DNA of 64,000 nucleotides, from assembly GCF_009914755.1 (NCBI RefSeq), contig NC_060936.1; one strand, written 5' to 3'. The position numbers were made by a program, and so were the translations under genes. Positions 13,230 to 25,939 of the stretch are shown here, piece after piece. A model generated the notes under the pieces. The model was not told the DNA's origin. It was given only the letters and a program-made list of their open reading frames with translations, and did not search any database. Each line of letters opens with the position of its first letter. The stretch's first letter is position 1. This DNA is from the human T2T-CHM13v2.0 reference genome, Homo sapiens.

Positions 13230-14190
13230 ATCATTCATTCAACAGATATTTATCTTGTGCCTGCTATGTGCCAAGTGTGTTCTAAACTCTAGCAGTGAAC
13301 AAGCTAAGCAAAATTCCTACTTCGTGGCACTCGTGTTTGAGATGTAGGGGAGACAGACAGTAAACCAACAACAAAATAACAATTTCAGATATGGTTAGTC
13401 ATATGAGTAACATAAAGCAGGGTTGGGGAATAGAGAGTGGCTAGAGTGTGGAGATTTTAGATAGAAGATAGCATTTGAACAGAGTCCTGGTGATGAGAAG
13501 GAATCAGACTTGTGAAGGTTTGGGGGAAGGGAATTTTAGGCAGAAGGAAGGCAAAGTGTAAGGGGCTGAATCCATGGTAAGCTTAGTGGTTCTGCGAACA
13601 GTGAACAGTGCAGAGGGGCTGGAGCAGAGCAAGTAAGCAGTAGAGTTGTTGGAAGAGGAGGAGGCTGAGGCCATGTCAAAGGGTTCTGCCCCCATGGCAA
13701 TAAGGTTAGATTTTTATGTAATGGGATGTCTTAGAGGGTTTAGATTGCCTGGTTGATATTTTTGAAAGATCAGTCTGGTTGATGAGATAAGATTTATAGG
13801 CAAGAATGAAAGTAGAAAGGGCCATTTAGGAAGCTATTGTACTGGCCCAGTTATCCTCGGCTTGGATTAGGATGGGAGTGGTAGAGAGGTTAGAAATATT
13901 TTGGAGCTAGAACTCACAAGATTTTCTAATAGATAGTGTCTGGGGATTAAAGGAATGAATAGAATCAAAACTGATTCCTAGATTTCTGGCTTAAGCAACT
14001 GGGGAATGGTGGAACCATTAACTGAGAGGGAGAAAACTAGGGCATGCAAAATTTTGTTTAGATTTGTTGAGTTTGAGATAAGTATTATACATCCAAGTGG
14101 GAGTTTAGTAGACAGTTGAAAATATAAATCTAGGGTTCAGGGGATAGGTCAGAGGTGGAGATATATGTGTAGGATTCCTTACTGTATACA
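13230..14190 (-). mobile_element. L2 (~1 kb 3' portion)
   Basis: tcattcattcaacagatatttat...ctatgtgccaag terminus followed by the purine-rich L2 antisense body. Confidence 0.85.
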
Positions 14191-14677
14191 TGTAATAGTT
14201 ATTACCTAAGCTACATCTTGGCTGAGTGATGAGATGAGGTGATGCAAACAAAGTATACATCATTGTCCTGCCCTACTGGAGTATATACTTGTAAAATCTT
14301 ATCTTTTTAAAATGATGTACTTAATGAATAATAGAAGGAAACATAGAGTAGGTTTTGAATACAATATGTTTTTGTTCATTTGTTGTTTAATAGCAAATAA
14401 TCCAAAATTTAAATATTTAAATAAGAATTATCTTTCAAGGTAGCCTCTTGGGAGGGCTAGCCAATCAGCCCAACAATTTCTTAGAGCTTTCTTGGAGTGA
14501 TTGGGATTCCCTTTTAGATTTGGTCATGCCACAAGAAAGTTAGTCTACCTTTTCATAAAACTATATCTCATTTTTTGTTAAAAAATAGGACTTGCTTGAA
14601 AGTTCACCTGTTGTTGGACTTGTGACAACAAGAAAAATAAAAAAAAAATACGTCACCGAGGAATATGACTTGGTACC

Positions 14678-16904
14678 CATATTAGTCCATTCTCCTGCTG
14701 CTATAAGGATATACATGAGACTGGGTGATTCATAAAGGACAGATGCTTAATTGACTCACAATTGCAGGGCTAGGGAGGCCTCAGGAAACTTACAATCATG
14801 GCAGAAGGGGAAGCAAACATGTCCTTCTTCACATGGCAGCAGGAAAGAGAAGAATGAGAGCCAAGCAAAGGGGGAAGCTCCTTATAAAACCATTAAATCT
14901 CATACTCGTAAGAACTCACTCACTGTCATGAGAATAGCACAGGGGAAACCTCCCCCATGATTCAGTTACCTCCCACTGGATCCCTCCCATGGCATGTGGG
15001 AATTACGGGAACTACAATTCAATGCCCTTCCAACAGTCCCCCAAAGTCTTACCTCATTCCAGCATTAACTCAAAAGTCCAAGTCCAAAGGCTCATCTGAG
15101 ACAAGGCAAGTCCCTTCTACCTATGAGGCTGCAAAATCAAAAGCAAGTTAGTTATTTCCTAGATACAATGGGGCTACAGATGTTGGCAAATACCCCCTTT
15201 CCAAATGGGAGAAATTGGCCAAGACAAAGGGGCCACTGTCTCCATACAAGTCTGAAATCCAATAGGGCAGTCATTAAATCTTAAAGCTCCAAAATGATTT
15301 CCTTTGACTCCATGTCTCACATCGAGGTTACGCTGATGCAAGAGATGGACTCCCATGGCCTTGAAGAGCTCTGCCCCTATGGCTTTTCACGGTACAGCCC
15401 CCTTCCTGGCTGCTTTCATGGGTTGGCATTGAGTGCCTTTGGCTTTTCCAGGTGCACAGTGCAAGCTGTCAGTGGATCTACCATTCTAGGGTCTGGAGAA
15501 CAGTGACCCTCTTTTCACAGCTCCACTAGGCAGTGCCCCAGTGGGGACTGTGTGTGGGGGCTCCAACCCTACATTTCCCTTCTACACTGCCCTAGCAGAG
15601 GTTCTCCATGAGGGCTCCACCCCTGTAGCAAACTTCTGCCTGGACATTCAGGCATTTCCATACACCCTCTGAAATGTAGGCGTAGGTTCCCAAACCTCAG
15701 TTCTTATCTCCTGCACATACACAGGGCCAAGACCATGTAGAAGCTGCTAGGGCTTGGGCTTGCATCCTCTGAAGCAATGACTCAAGCTGTGCATTGGCCC
15801 CTCTTAGACATGACTGGAGCCGAAGCAGTGGGAATGCAGGCCACCATGTCCTGAACAGGAGGGCCCTGGGCCTGATCCACTAAAGCATTTTTCCCTCCTA
15901 GGCCTCCAGGTCTGTGATGGAAGGGGCTGCCATGAAGGTCTCTGACATGTCCTGGAGATATTTTTCCCATTGTCTTAGTGGTTAACATTCTGCTACTTGT
16001 TATTTAGGCAAATCTCTGCAGCAGGCTTGAATTTCTCCCCAGAAAATGGGGTTTTCTTTTCTGTAGCATCGTCAGCCTGCAAATTTTTCAGACTTTTATG
16101 CTCTGCTTCCTCTTGAATGCTTTGCCACTTAGAAATTTTTTCCACCTGATACCCTAAGCCATTGCTTTCAAGTTCAAAGTTCCACATATCTCTAAGGCAG
16201 TCTCTTTGCTAAAGCATAGCAAGAGTCACCTTTGTTCCAGCACCCAAGAAGTTTCTCATCTCTATCTGAGACAATCTCATCCTGGACTTCATTGTCCTTA
16301 TCACTGTCAGCATTTTGGTCAAAGCCATTTAACAAGTCTCTAGGAAGTTCCAAACTTTCCCACATCTTTCTGTCTTCTGAGCCCTTTAAGTCTCCAGGAA
16401 GTTCCAAACTTTCCCACATTTTCCTGTCCTTTTCTGACCCTTCTCAATGATTCCAATTTCTTCCTGTTACCCAGTTCCAAAATCACTTCCACATTTTGGG
16501 ATATCTTTACAGCAGTGCCACACTCTCTGTGGTACCAATTTACTATATTAGTCTGTAATAAGGACATACCCAGGACTCGATAATTTATAATGAAGAGGTT
16601 GAATTGACTCACAGTTCCATAGGGGTGGGGAGGCCTCAGGAAACTTATAATCATGGCAGAAGGGGAAGCAAACACGTCCTTCACATGGCAGCAGGAAGGA
16701 GAAGAATGAGAGTGACAAAAAGGGGGAAGCTCCTTATAAAACTATCAGATCTCATAAGAACTTAATCACTATCATCAGAATATCATGGGAGAAACTGCCC
16801 CCATAATTCAATACCTCCCACTGGATTCCTCCCATGACATGTGGAGATTATGAGAACTATAATTCAAGATGAGTTTTGGGTGGGGATACAGCCAAACCAT
16901 GTCA
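14678..16904 (-). mobile_element. THE1 (THE1D-like) MaLR provirus: LTR-internal-LTR with TSD GTACC
   Basis: 3' LTR 14678-~15022 (truncated), internal ~15023-16543, 5' LTR ~16544-16904; gtacc at 14673-14677 and 16905-16909. Short ORFs here translate to typical THE1-int remnants. Confidence 0.93.
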
Positions 16905-19222
16905 GTACCACTGATGATTTTAAATGGACTTTGTCGCTTGCCTTGGTGGTTCATAGAAGAGTGTCTGGATATGTTTTGAGCAATAAAGAAATGATTGGAA
17001 AAAGTACACAATCTCCCATGTGATAACTTTGAAGGAAACACTGTTTATTTGCTTTTAGAGCTTTAGTTTTATTCATTCACTTATCCAGTCATGAAAAAAA
17101 TATTTATTATCTGACATGTGCCTGGTGGTATTCTAGGCAGTGAAAAGGCAGTTACAAGTAGTGAAAAGAAAAAAACAATACTAATTATTAAGTCTTCATC
17201 TTTGGCCTAAAATGTTAGTATCTCTTAGCCTTAAAAAATCCAGTGTTTTGCAAATGGCTCAATCAATCAATCAATCAATTTATTGAACAAACAAAAACAT
17301 TCAAATGAAGGAATAAAATTTAACTTTACCTTTGCCTTCACTATCTGTCTTCCTCTTTGTATTATATCCCCAGAAACCTCATTCCCACCCCTCTGCTTTT
17401 GAAGTCTAAAGTAATCTGTTCCTGTATGCTGTAACATCTCCTTCAAACATGAAACACTCTTTTATTTTTCTTTCTCCCCCATTTTGCTGCTGGGATATGT
17501 CAACAAATCTCTGGGCTAGGACGGTAATATACTAATTAATTCATAGTCAGGTATAAATGATTTGACGCTGATTTACTAAGCCCTAAACTTTTATTTTAAC
17601 AACAGGACAGGACTTAAATATATCTCTATTGATGGAAATGATAGCATTTGCAAGTAGTAAAATGATATATTTCTTGGCTGAGAGCCTTCTCCATGTCTCT
17701 GAAATCACAGCCTATACAATCTACTTAAATTGCCAATTATAATTCCTAGGAACAAAAACCTTTCAGTTTCTCCCTGATGCTACTATTTCTTTTTCTTTTT
17801 AAGAGATACTTTGCAGCGCTCTCATGTCATGTAATATATTAGCAAGTAATCCTCATAGTTGTGCTAGAGGAATGGGCCAAATTTTGCCTTGGCCTTTGTT
17901 TAGCTGGATGGTACCTCCACACTGTACTGGGGCTCTCCATCACCATAGCTCCTTCAGTCTTGTGCAACATATTATTACAATCAGCTTCACTTGTTCCCAG
18001 TTCTTTCAGCATCTGTAGTGGCAGCTGGCGCATCTCCCACTTCATCAGGAAGTGCATTCAAGGGTATCCGGCTAGAAAGTTCCCCCAGCAAGCATTTCTT
18101 CATATTGCAAAATGAAGAAGCAAGGTTTCACTTGTAGGTATTCATATCTGGGGTCAAGTAAGGTAGAATAAAGTTAGGGGGATCTTCCATCATCAAAGTG
18201 TCTTCATCATGGGTGAGGCCAGTAAAAAATATCCTCTTTTTTTTCTAGTAGACTGGTATTCCTTTGATCCTGGTTTTAATCAGAAAAGGAATGAACAGAA
18301 TTATGCGATTGGCACTGCCCTTGTTTGTTTTCTAAATTCTCAAAGGGAATTGCTCTCATACCATGGGTTTCCCCCAAGATCTACAATTCTGGTTACCAAG
18401 GTTCACTTTTGTGTGGGGTTTCCTGCATTTTGCCTTTGGACACCCAAGTCTATCTTTCCTGCAATTAACAGGAAAATTCCATTGTGCCAATTGTGGTTTT
18501 GCTTTTTCTTCTTGAGAAAACAACCTTTATTGCCCTTCACCTGCCTTTGCGTCCAGTATTCTGTACAAATGTGTCATCGCATGACAAAGAGGGTGGCAAT
18601 GAGGACCAGCATGTGTCAAAAGTGTTTGAAAACTGTTCTAGTTAATTAGAAAGAGCCATGCTCTAGAAAGTTCAACTCACGTGAAAATTACTGGCTCGGA
18701 GAACTAACTTATCTTCACCATTTTCTCTCTGGGGAAGAGCTTTGGGACAACCCCCTCCAAGGTCATTCATTTTTGTCTTTGTAATTTCATAGTATGCCAT
18801 GTGTCTGGTAATCAGTATTAGAGCCAGAAGTGTTGCTAGACTTCAACAATCTTTGGCAGTTATTGAGATAGATGTGTCTCTTGGAGAAAGATTAATTGGA
18901 GTCTGAAATGTTTAAGGAAGCTAACAATTATTGAGTGCTTGTTCTGTGCCAGGCAATATGCTAGGAATTTCTGCATATGCTATCTCATGTCACAGAATCT
19001 CAATTTTTCTGCTTATGAGTTGGAATATGGGATTTTATTTAAGTCTTCCTTTTAGCAATTTTGTCTGAAGTGTTGCCTATGTAATTTTACACTTGAAGGA
19101 AAGTGTATTCAGTGGTTAAAAAGAGCCACAGAGGTAGCAAATAATTTGGAATTCGGCTTGTTCATTAAGTACACAAATAAATCCAAAGTACACAAACAAA
19201 TTCACATTACAGAGTTAGAGCT

Positions 19223-19621
19223 TGTATTAGGCCATTCTTACATTGCTATAAAGAAATAATGAGACAGGGTAATTTACAAAAAAATAAGTTTGATTGGCTC
19301 ACAGTTCTGCAGGCTGTACAGGAACTGCAGGCTGCATAGTGGCATCTGCTTCTCAGGAGGCTTCAAGAAGCTTCCAATCATGGCACATGGTGAAAGCAGG
19401 AACAAGAGAAAGAGAGGAGAGGTGTTACACACTTTTAAATGACCCAGATATCATGAGAACTCACCCACTATCGTGAGGACAATACCAAGGGGATGTTACT
19501 AAACCATTCATAAGAAATCCACCCCTATGAGCCAATCACCTCCCAGCAAGCCCTACCTCCAATACTGGGGATTACATTTGAATATAAGGTTTGGGTGGGG
19601 ACAACATCCAAACTCTTATTA
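19223..19621 (-). mobile_element. MSTA/MSTB solo LTR
   Basis: tgtattaggccattcttacattgctataaagaaata...tgggtggggacaacatccaaac; flanks gagct / gggct. Confidence 0.9.
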
Positions 19622-19779
19622 GGGCTAGTCAACACCACTAGAGTCAAGTGAGCTCACAGGACAATTTTGTGAATTTGGTACTAAAGCAGTCATTAGAACT
19701 ATTTATCAATATTTCCAGACTTTCTCTTCCTGCAGTGTTCTCAAGCCATATAATGTATTAGCAAGTGATCCTCATATTA

Positions 19780-20111
19780 GACCACAATTCCCCAAATCCT
19801 TGAAATTAGGTGTGGCCATGTAACTTGCTTTGGCCAATGAAATGTGAGCAGAATTGATGTACGTCTCTTCAGGTAGAAGCCTTTAGGTTCAGCGGAGGAG
19901 ACATCTTCCCTTCCTCCAGCCATGGTGACCAACAACATTCCAGAGGATGCAGGTCTGCAAGCCTGAGTCCTGAGTGATGACAATGTGAAGACAAACTCAC
20001 TACCAACCCAAAGTACCATGAGCGAGAAATAAATAAACCTCTGTTATAAGTCATAGAGATTTGGGGATTGTTTGTTAATGTAGCACAAACTAGATTGTGC
20101 TAACTCATACA
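19780..20111 (+). mobile_element. MLT1I/J-type LTR (5' truncated)
   Basis: ggccatgtaacttgctttggccaatgaaatgtgagcagaa...gagatttggggattgtttgtta. Confidence 0.82.
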
Positions 20112-20224
20112 GGAACCATCCAGCCAGAAAGCCAAAAAGTCCTTCCTAAATGTATTTGCTTTCATTACCGGAGAGGTTTAACCAGAGGTTTGAATTGACC
20201 AAATTCTTGTGATGATTATACAGT

Positions 20225-20460
20225 TTGGTAGTTAAGAGTTCTCTGCAGTCAGGCTGTCACCATAGGTACATCAGCCCTGCTGCTTTCTACCTGTGAAAAC
20301 TTGAATGTGTTACTTGATCCATCTGGGTCTCAATTTCCTCATCTGAAAAATAGGTATAATAGTAATACTGACCTCCTAGAGCTATTGTAAGGTGAAATAA
20401 GATAATGTACAGAAAGCACATGTCAGTTTGTAAGTTTTCTGTGATTAATGTTAGCTGTCA
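20225..20460 (+). mobile_element. MIR
   Basis: tctcaatttcctcatctgaaaaataggtataatagtaat. Confidence 0.8.
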
Positions 20461-22630
20461 TTCCATTATCCAGTACCAGCACTCACTTTATACAAGTCTA
20501 TCTTTTTGCAGTTTAATGGTTTGGATAACTGATCTTTCAAGTCCCTCCCAGCTCTGAAACTATGAGTCCATGAAATATCTTGCTTTTTGGTACCTAAATT
20601 TCCTTAGAGTAGCTTTAAATTGTAGTTTGAGTTTTGTGGCGCATGTGGGAACTGATGTTAGCAGAGTTTCTCTGGCTTAAGAAATCCATCTACAAAAAAT
20701 CAGTTTTCTCTGCCTCAATTATCTCTCGCTTGTCCTACTACATCATTCCTTGAAGTTTTTCCAGAATTTTTTGACTTTGTAGTTGCTTGCTTCTTTTTCA
20801 TTCTGAAATACATTTTTTCCTTTTGGCTTTTGACACTGAACAACATAAATTTTCCTTTTAATGGACTTGCCTATGTGTATGGTAAATAAAAGCAGGAATA
20901 TGTGAGGAACAATTTCCCAATAGATTATGGAGGTTTTTGGTGGCGTTTTAAGGTTTTATGACACTGAAGAGAGGAAAGGAGAAAAACTTGTTCTTAGAAA
21001 CATATCAACTTTAACATTACACCGAAACATTTCATACACACATATTTGCAGGAATATTCTGATTTGCTGTGTATGTTTTCCAGTGTTCTCTCTAGGAAAG
21101 AATGCACTAAGATCTGAAAAAAGTAGTTATGATTGGTTAAAAATGTTTTGTTAAAATAGAAAAAAGTGTAGCCTTAAGTATTTTGCTGGCATAGTAGGAA
21201 CCAATAACTATTGCTTTGAAATGCAGCTGTGCATTGTGAAGCTGTGAACAAGACTTTTCAAGGAAAATAGCATTGTCTAGGATGGAGGAAGAGGCCAGGA
21301 CCTATAGTTGTGTCAGATGTGAGCAGGTAGTGCCAAAGTTATTTGTAGAAAAGATCATGATGGTTGAGTTCCTGGGACAATAACCTGAGAGATCAGGGAA
21401 CACGAAAAGGTAGAGTCAGGAAAATCAAGCTTGGGGAATGGGGATGGGGTATGAAAGGGAGAAAAACTGAGGCAGGAAGAGGGATGAGATCAAAGAGGAT
21501 ACAGAATAAATGCAGAGCTACAGATAAAGCCCTCAGGACCAAAAGTCAGAGATCCCAGTTGTTTAATCCAGAGACAGGAAAAAGGACATCCTCTAAAAAG
21601 ACCTAGGTTATGGGCTGAAGGGAGAAGATAGATAACAGGAAAGAACCAGGTTTCTCTTGGGACCCAGAGAGCAAGACCAGCCCTAACTTCCCCCCTTCCT
21701 TTCTCTGTTCTAACACTTCTCATAAAACAATAGTTTAACTTGATGCTAGAATGTGGAGATGAAACAAACTCTCTGAAAAGAGAGAGAACCTCAGAGTCCC
21801 CAAGCCAGGAGACTGACAGAGAAGCCCTGACAGAAAGACTAGCATAATGATGGGAATTGCAGTGACAGGCCATGGCCGGAAGGGATTGTCTCATGCTTTA
21901 CAAGTATTGTTTTATAGAATAAGTGAGTGTGTGCAATAGGAAGCATTGAACTTGAGCTGGGCTTACCAGTAGCATGGCCTTCCACTCCACTTCTGGAAAG
22001 CTAACACCCTAAAATTCCCTCCCAGGTGGGAAAGTGCCTTGCCTAGAGTTCCTGCCCAACAAATAATGTATGAGAGAGACCACTCCAGAGGAAGGTAGTC
22101 AGATGTGAGCTGGGGTAGGGAGAAGGGGCAGGAGAGGTATATTGTGCTGGAAAGCAAGTGGGAAGAAGAGCAATTTCCTCTTTTCCCTCTTCCAACCCTC
22201 AGATAAGGTGAATCATAGGGAACACTGATTGGTAAATCCATCAACCTAAGTAGGTTCCTTTCACCATGTAATGGCATTGTGTAATTTGCTGCAATATTTC
22301 CATTGTCTAGGCTATACTAGAGGGTCACTGATAATCCAAAGCAAATAAAAGAAGAGTTTGGGAAATAATTGATGTTAGACAAGGCTCCAGAATCCTATGA
22401 CAATGCAATGTCTTGAATGCCTGCCTATTTTTCCCTTGTAATCTTTATGAATCCCAATGGAATCAGATCTAATTCAGCCTTAGGATACTTTAATTTGTCC
22501 AATTTGGGTTATTAGACCCTAAGAATTCCTTGACTTACCTCCTTTCTCCATTCTTTGGAGGGAGGGATTCCTAAATGTTTTCTAGAAGGATAGTCTTGGA
22601 TGCTGTTACCTCAAACTTGGGTCCGCTACT

Positions 22631-23190
22631 TGTCTTGGTTTTGTTTTGTGCTGCAATAACAGAATAGCACAGACTAGATCCCTTATAATGAATAGAAATT
22701 TATTTGGCTTACATTTCTGGAGGCTGAGAAGTCCAAGACTGAGAGGCCACACCTGGTGAGGGCCTTCTTGCTGTGTTATAAAATGGCAGGAAGCATCACA
22801 CAGGTGGGAGAGAGAGAGAGAAAGAGAGAGGAAGAAGAAGGAAGAAGGAAGAAGAAGCAGAAACAGAAGAAGAAAAGAAGAAGCAGAAGAAGAAGAAGAA
22901 GAGGAGGAGGAGGAGGACGGAGCAGAAGAAAACGACGAAGGAAGGAAGGAGAAGAAGGAGAAGAAAGGAGAGGAGAGGGCTAATTTTTTTAAATAAAAAA
23001 TTAGCAACCTCTAATATAACCTCTATTCTCATGAATGGATTAATGCTGCCATCGCAGTAGCATTAATCCATTCATGAGAGTAGAGCCCTCAAGACCTAAT
23101 TACCTCTTAAAAGTCTCATCTCTTAACACTGTTGCATTGGGAATTAAGTTTCTAACATATAAACTTCTGGGGACCCATTCAAACTGTATT
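22631..23190 (-). mobile_element. MSTC/MLT1A-type MaLR solo LTR containing an expanded GA-rich tract and two hairpins
   Basis: gctgcaataacagaatagcacagact...ttctggaggctgagaagtccaag; ttaatccattcatgagagtagagccctc...cattcaaac. Confidence 0.85.
22807..22979. repeat. Polypurine low-complexity tract: (GA)n, (GAA)n and (GGA)n
   Basis: About 170 nt of A/G with only a few C and no T. It is the source of the spurious ORFs at 22606-23032. Confidence 0.97.
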
Positions 23191-23345
23191 ACCACTCATT
23201 AGCTGTATGTCCTTAGGAAATTGCCTTAATCACCTAAATTTCAGTTTCTTCATCTGTAAATGGGGTACCACCTCCTTCTTATAGAGAAGTTGTATAAACT
23301 CATGACCCAGTAGATTTGAGAAGTACTAAGGTTACATATGGCACC
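23191..23345 (+). mobile_element. MIR fragment
   Basis: ccactcattagctgtatgtccttagg...tcagtttcttcatctgtaaatgggg. Confidence 0.75.
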
Positions 23346-23662
23346 CTTCTCTCAGGATGCTGAGTGCCTAGTATGTCTTCTTTGCCCAAATAATCCTAGG
23401 GGATCTTTCCCCAGAAGAAAGCAAGCCAATTTTGTGTGAAGGTCTCAAGGACTTGGCTCCAGAGACAAAGTTTCTCCTAAATAACCAAACTAGTATGTGC
23501 AATGAATTGTCCATTGTTTCTTTCATCTCCCAGCTTCAAATGTTTTCTTGAAAGTCTGGCTGCCTGACAGCTTAAGCTGCTAGCCTCTTCATTAGTCCAA
23601 CAGAGGACTGGGTATGAGAATTGGTGAAAATGGGCATGACCAGTACACATGTTTTAGGTGAA

Positions 23663-24109
23663 TATGATGGTTAATACTGAGTGTCAACTTGATTGGATTG
23701 AAGGATGCAGAGTTTTGTTCCTAGGTGTGTCTGTGAGGGTGCTGCCAAAGGAGATTAACATTTGATCAGTGGACTGGGAAAGGCAGACCCACCCTTAATC
23801 TGAGTGGGCACAATCTAATCAGCTGCCAGTCTGGCCAGAATAAAAAGCAGGCAGAAGAACGTGAAAAGATTAGAATGGCTTAGCCTCCCAGCCTACATCT
23901 TTCTCCCATGCTGGATGCTGCCTGCCTTCGAACTTTGGTCTCAAAGTTCTTCAGCTTTGGGACTTGGACTGGCTTCCTTGCTCCTCAACTTGCACATGGC
24001 CTGTTGTGGGACCTTGTGATTGTGTAAGTTAATACTACTTAATAAACTCCCCTCTGTATATATGTCTATCCTATTACTTCTGTCCCTCTAGAGAACGCTG
24101 ACTAATATA
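23663..24109 (+). mobile_element. MLT2A (HERVL) solo LTR
   Basis: gatggttaatactgagtgtcaacttgattggattgaaggatgc...ctagagaacgctgactaata. Confidence 0.93.
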
Positions 24110-24499
24110 GCAAGTTATACCTTGCTGAGGTCAACTTAAAGGAAAGAAGTCTCACCAAAGGCTAGGGATGATATAAAATAGGAGACATTCACTGAGTGTA
24201 GATTCTTAGGACCCACAAGTACAAAAAGATGACACAGTTAGGTTCTTCCATGACCTTCAATCTCATCACCCCTGAACCTAGTGTGGTCATGGTGGCATCA
24301 GTGTTCATTGCTGCTTTAGTCACAGGTTATGAAATAATCACTAGATATCACACATGTGTGACTCCGCAATGATGACTTGTGTTCCAGCCATGAGACCTGA
24401 GACAGAGTACGTCCAGCCTGACCATGGCAACCCCAGGCTTGCAGTATTCGTGCTGAAGCCTGCTCTGAATCAGGTAGTTGAGTTCAATAGTGTTTATGG

Positions 24500-24986
24500 G
24501 CAACATAGAGAGACTCCTGTGCCTTCTGCTGGACCCTTTGGAGAGCTAATGCCATCTCTGTTGCAGGGAGCTATGTTTCCCAGGTTCCATTACCAACTGG
24601 TTTTCAGGTAGGTTTGGCTAATGAGAGGCACTGCAGAGCAGATGAACCAGAGCATTTCTCCTCCTTTTTGCTTTAAATGAGGCTTCCAGCAGTGGCTACT
24701 TTTGTTTGTTTATGAAATTTTAGCTCTTATTGGTTAACCCCATTCTTTGTGTTTCCAGCTCCTATGGAGTGATCCCTGCCATGGTTTTAACTCTCACCAA
24801 ATGGCTTTAGTTTCTGGTTCTGGTAATGCTGTATTCTCTCTTTGTCCTTCCAGCTCTAGAGGTGGTGACCACTTTTGGCTGTTTAGCTCTTTCATCATTT
24901 ATGTAACCAATTCCCTGTATTAAATTCTTTCTGCTTAAAATGCCTCAGTTGGTTTCTGTTTTTCTGACTAGACTTTCACTGTTACA
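24500..24986 (+). mobile_element. LTR33-like (ERVL) LTR
   Basis: ggtttggctaatgagaggcactg...taaccaattccctgtattaaattc...ggtttctgtttttctgact. Confidence 0.65.
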
Positions 24987-25939
24987 TGTTTCTCAGTCAT
25001 TGCTACTTCATCTTCATTTTGGATTGAAGTCTCCCATGCAAGTTTTGCAGTCTCCCAAGCCACAAACTGGGAAACCAGGTAATGATTCCTTCAGTCCTTA
25101 GGTTTCTCTGAACATACCCTAGGTTTCTTTCACTGAACTCTTTGGGCTTTTGACCCTATGAAGGAGACAGGGTGCTTTTTATTTCCAAGTGACCTACCTT
25201 ATATCAACACCAGTCAAGATTCCTGAGATTGTTCTCCCATCCAATGGTTAATTTCTTTTAGAATAGAAAAGCTGCTCTTAGTTTATCACTCATTTTCTCC
25301 TTTCCTTTGTTTTATGTTATAAACTCTATGTTATCTCTCTAGACTTTACTGTTGGAGAAAAAAGCCTTCCAGTAATACAAATAAACACAAACACAAAGAC
25401 AAAACAGGGATGGATGCAGAACTTCAAGGATCACATAGATCTATTGAAGTGATGAGTGGCAGCAACAGCATTACTTCAAATTTCAAGGGACAGCAATGGC
25501 TGCAGGGCAATTAGCAATTCCCAGTCATGGGAGTGTGGATCATCACACCCACTTAGTAGTGGTAACAGTGGTGTCTTTATCAACTAGGGTTTTGTAGCAT
25601 GATTTTGAACATGATCCCTTAATGTATAGCATCGAAGCCTGATTTGCTGACTTTCCTAGAGATTTTTTGAGCTACTCAATATAATTTTTTGGTAGATCAT
25701 TACAAATTTGTTTCTGTAATTAAAAATAGTTACAAAATTGAAATTCTGAACAATGTTTTCTGATTACAAAACCATACATTCCGACGTGTCCAGGTGTACT
25801 TTAATCTGATGTGCCCTCATAATGAATCTACAATATTTGAGTTCCATGTAACATTGTGGTTCCCCACAATTATTAGGTGATTAATGTAATCTACCCTTTG
25901 AAGGGCTTTGTCCTCAGCTTTGTCAATGGTGCTCAGTGG

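Noticed and set aside
16340-16440. Tandem ~55-bp duplication aggaagttccaaactttcccacat... in THE1 internal sequence
   Set aside because: The same duplication occurs in the second THE1 (31730-31830), so it is a family feature rather than a locus novelty.
18209-18649. Longest ORF (146 aa) in non-repeat sequence
   Set aside because: Composition looks random, with no motif, splice context or promoter evidence. One ORF of this length is unsurprising in 64 kb.
21200-22280. Possible old LTR in purine-rich sequence
   Set aside because: It looks LTR-like, but I could not match it to a family or find termini or a TSD by eye.
22606-23032. Ser/Leu/Phe-rich and Arg/Lys/Glu-rich ORFs
   Set aside because: Artefacts of the stop-free GAA/GGA tract.
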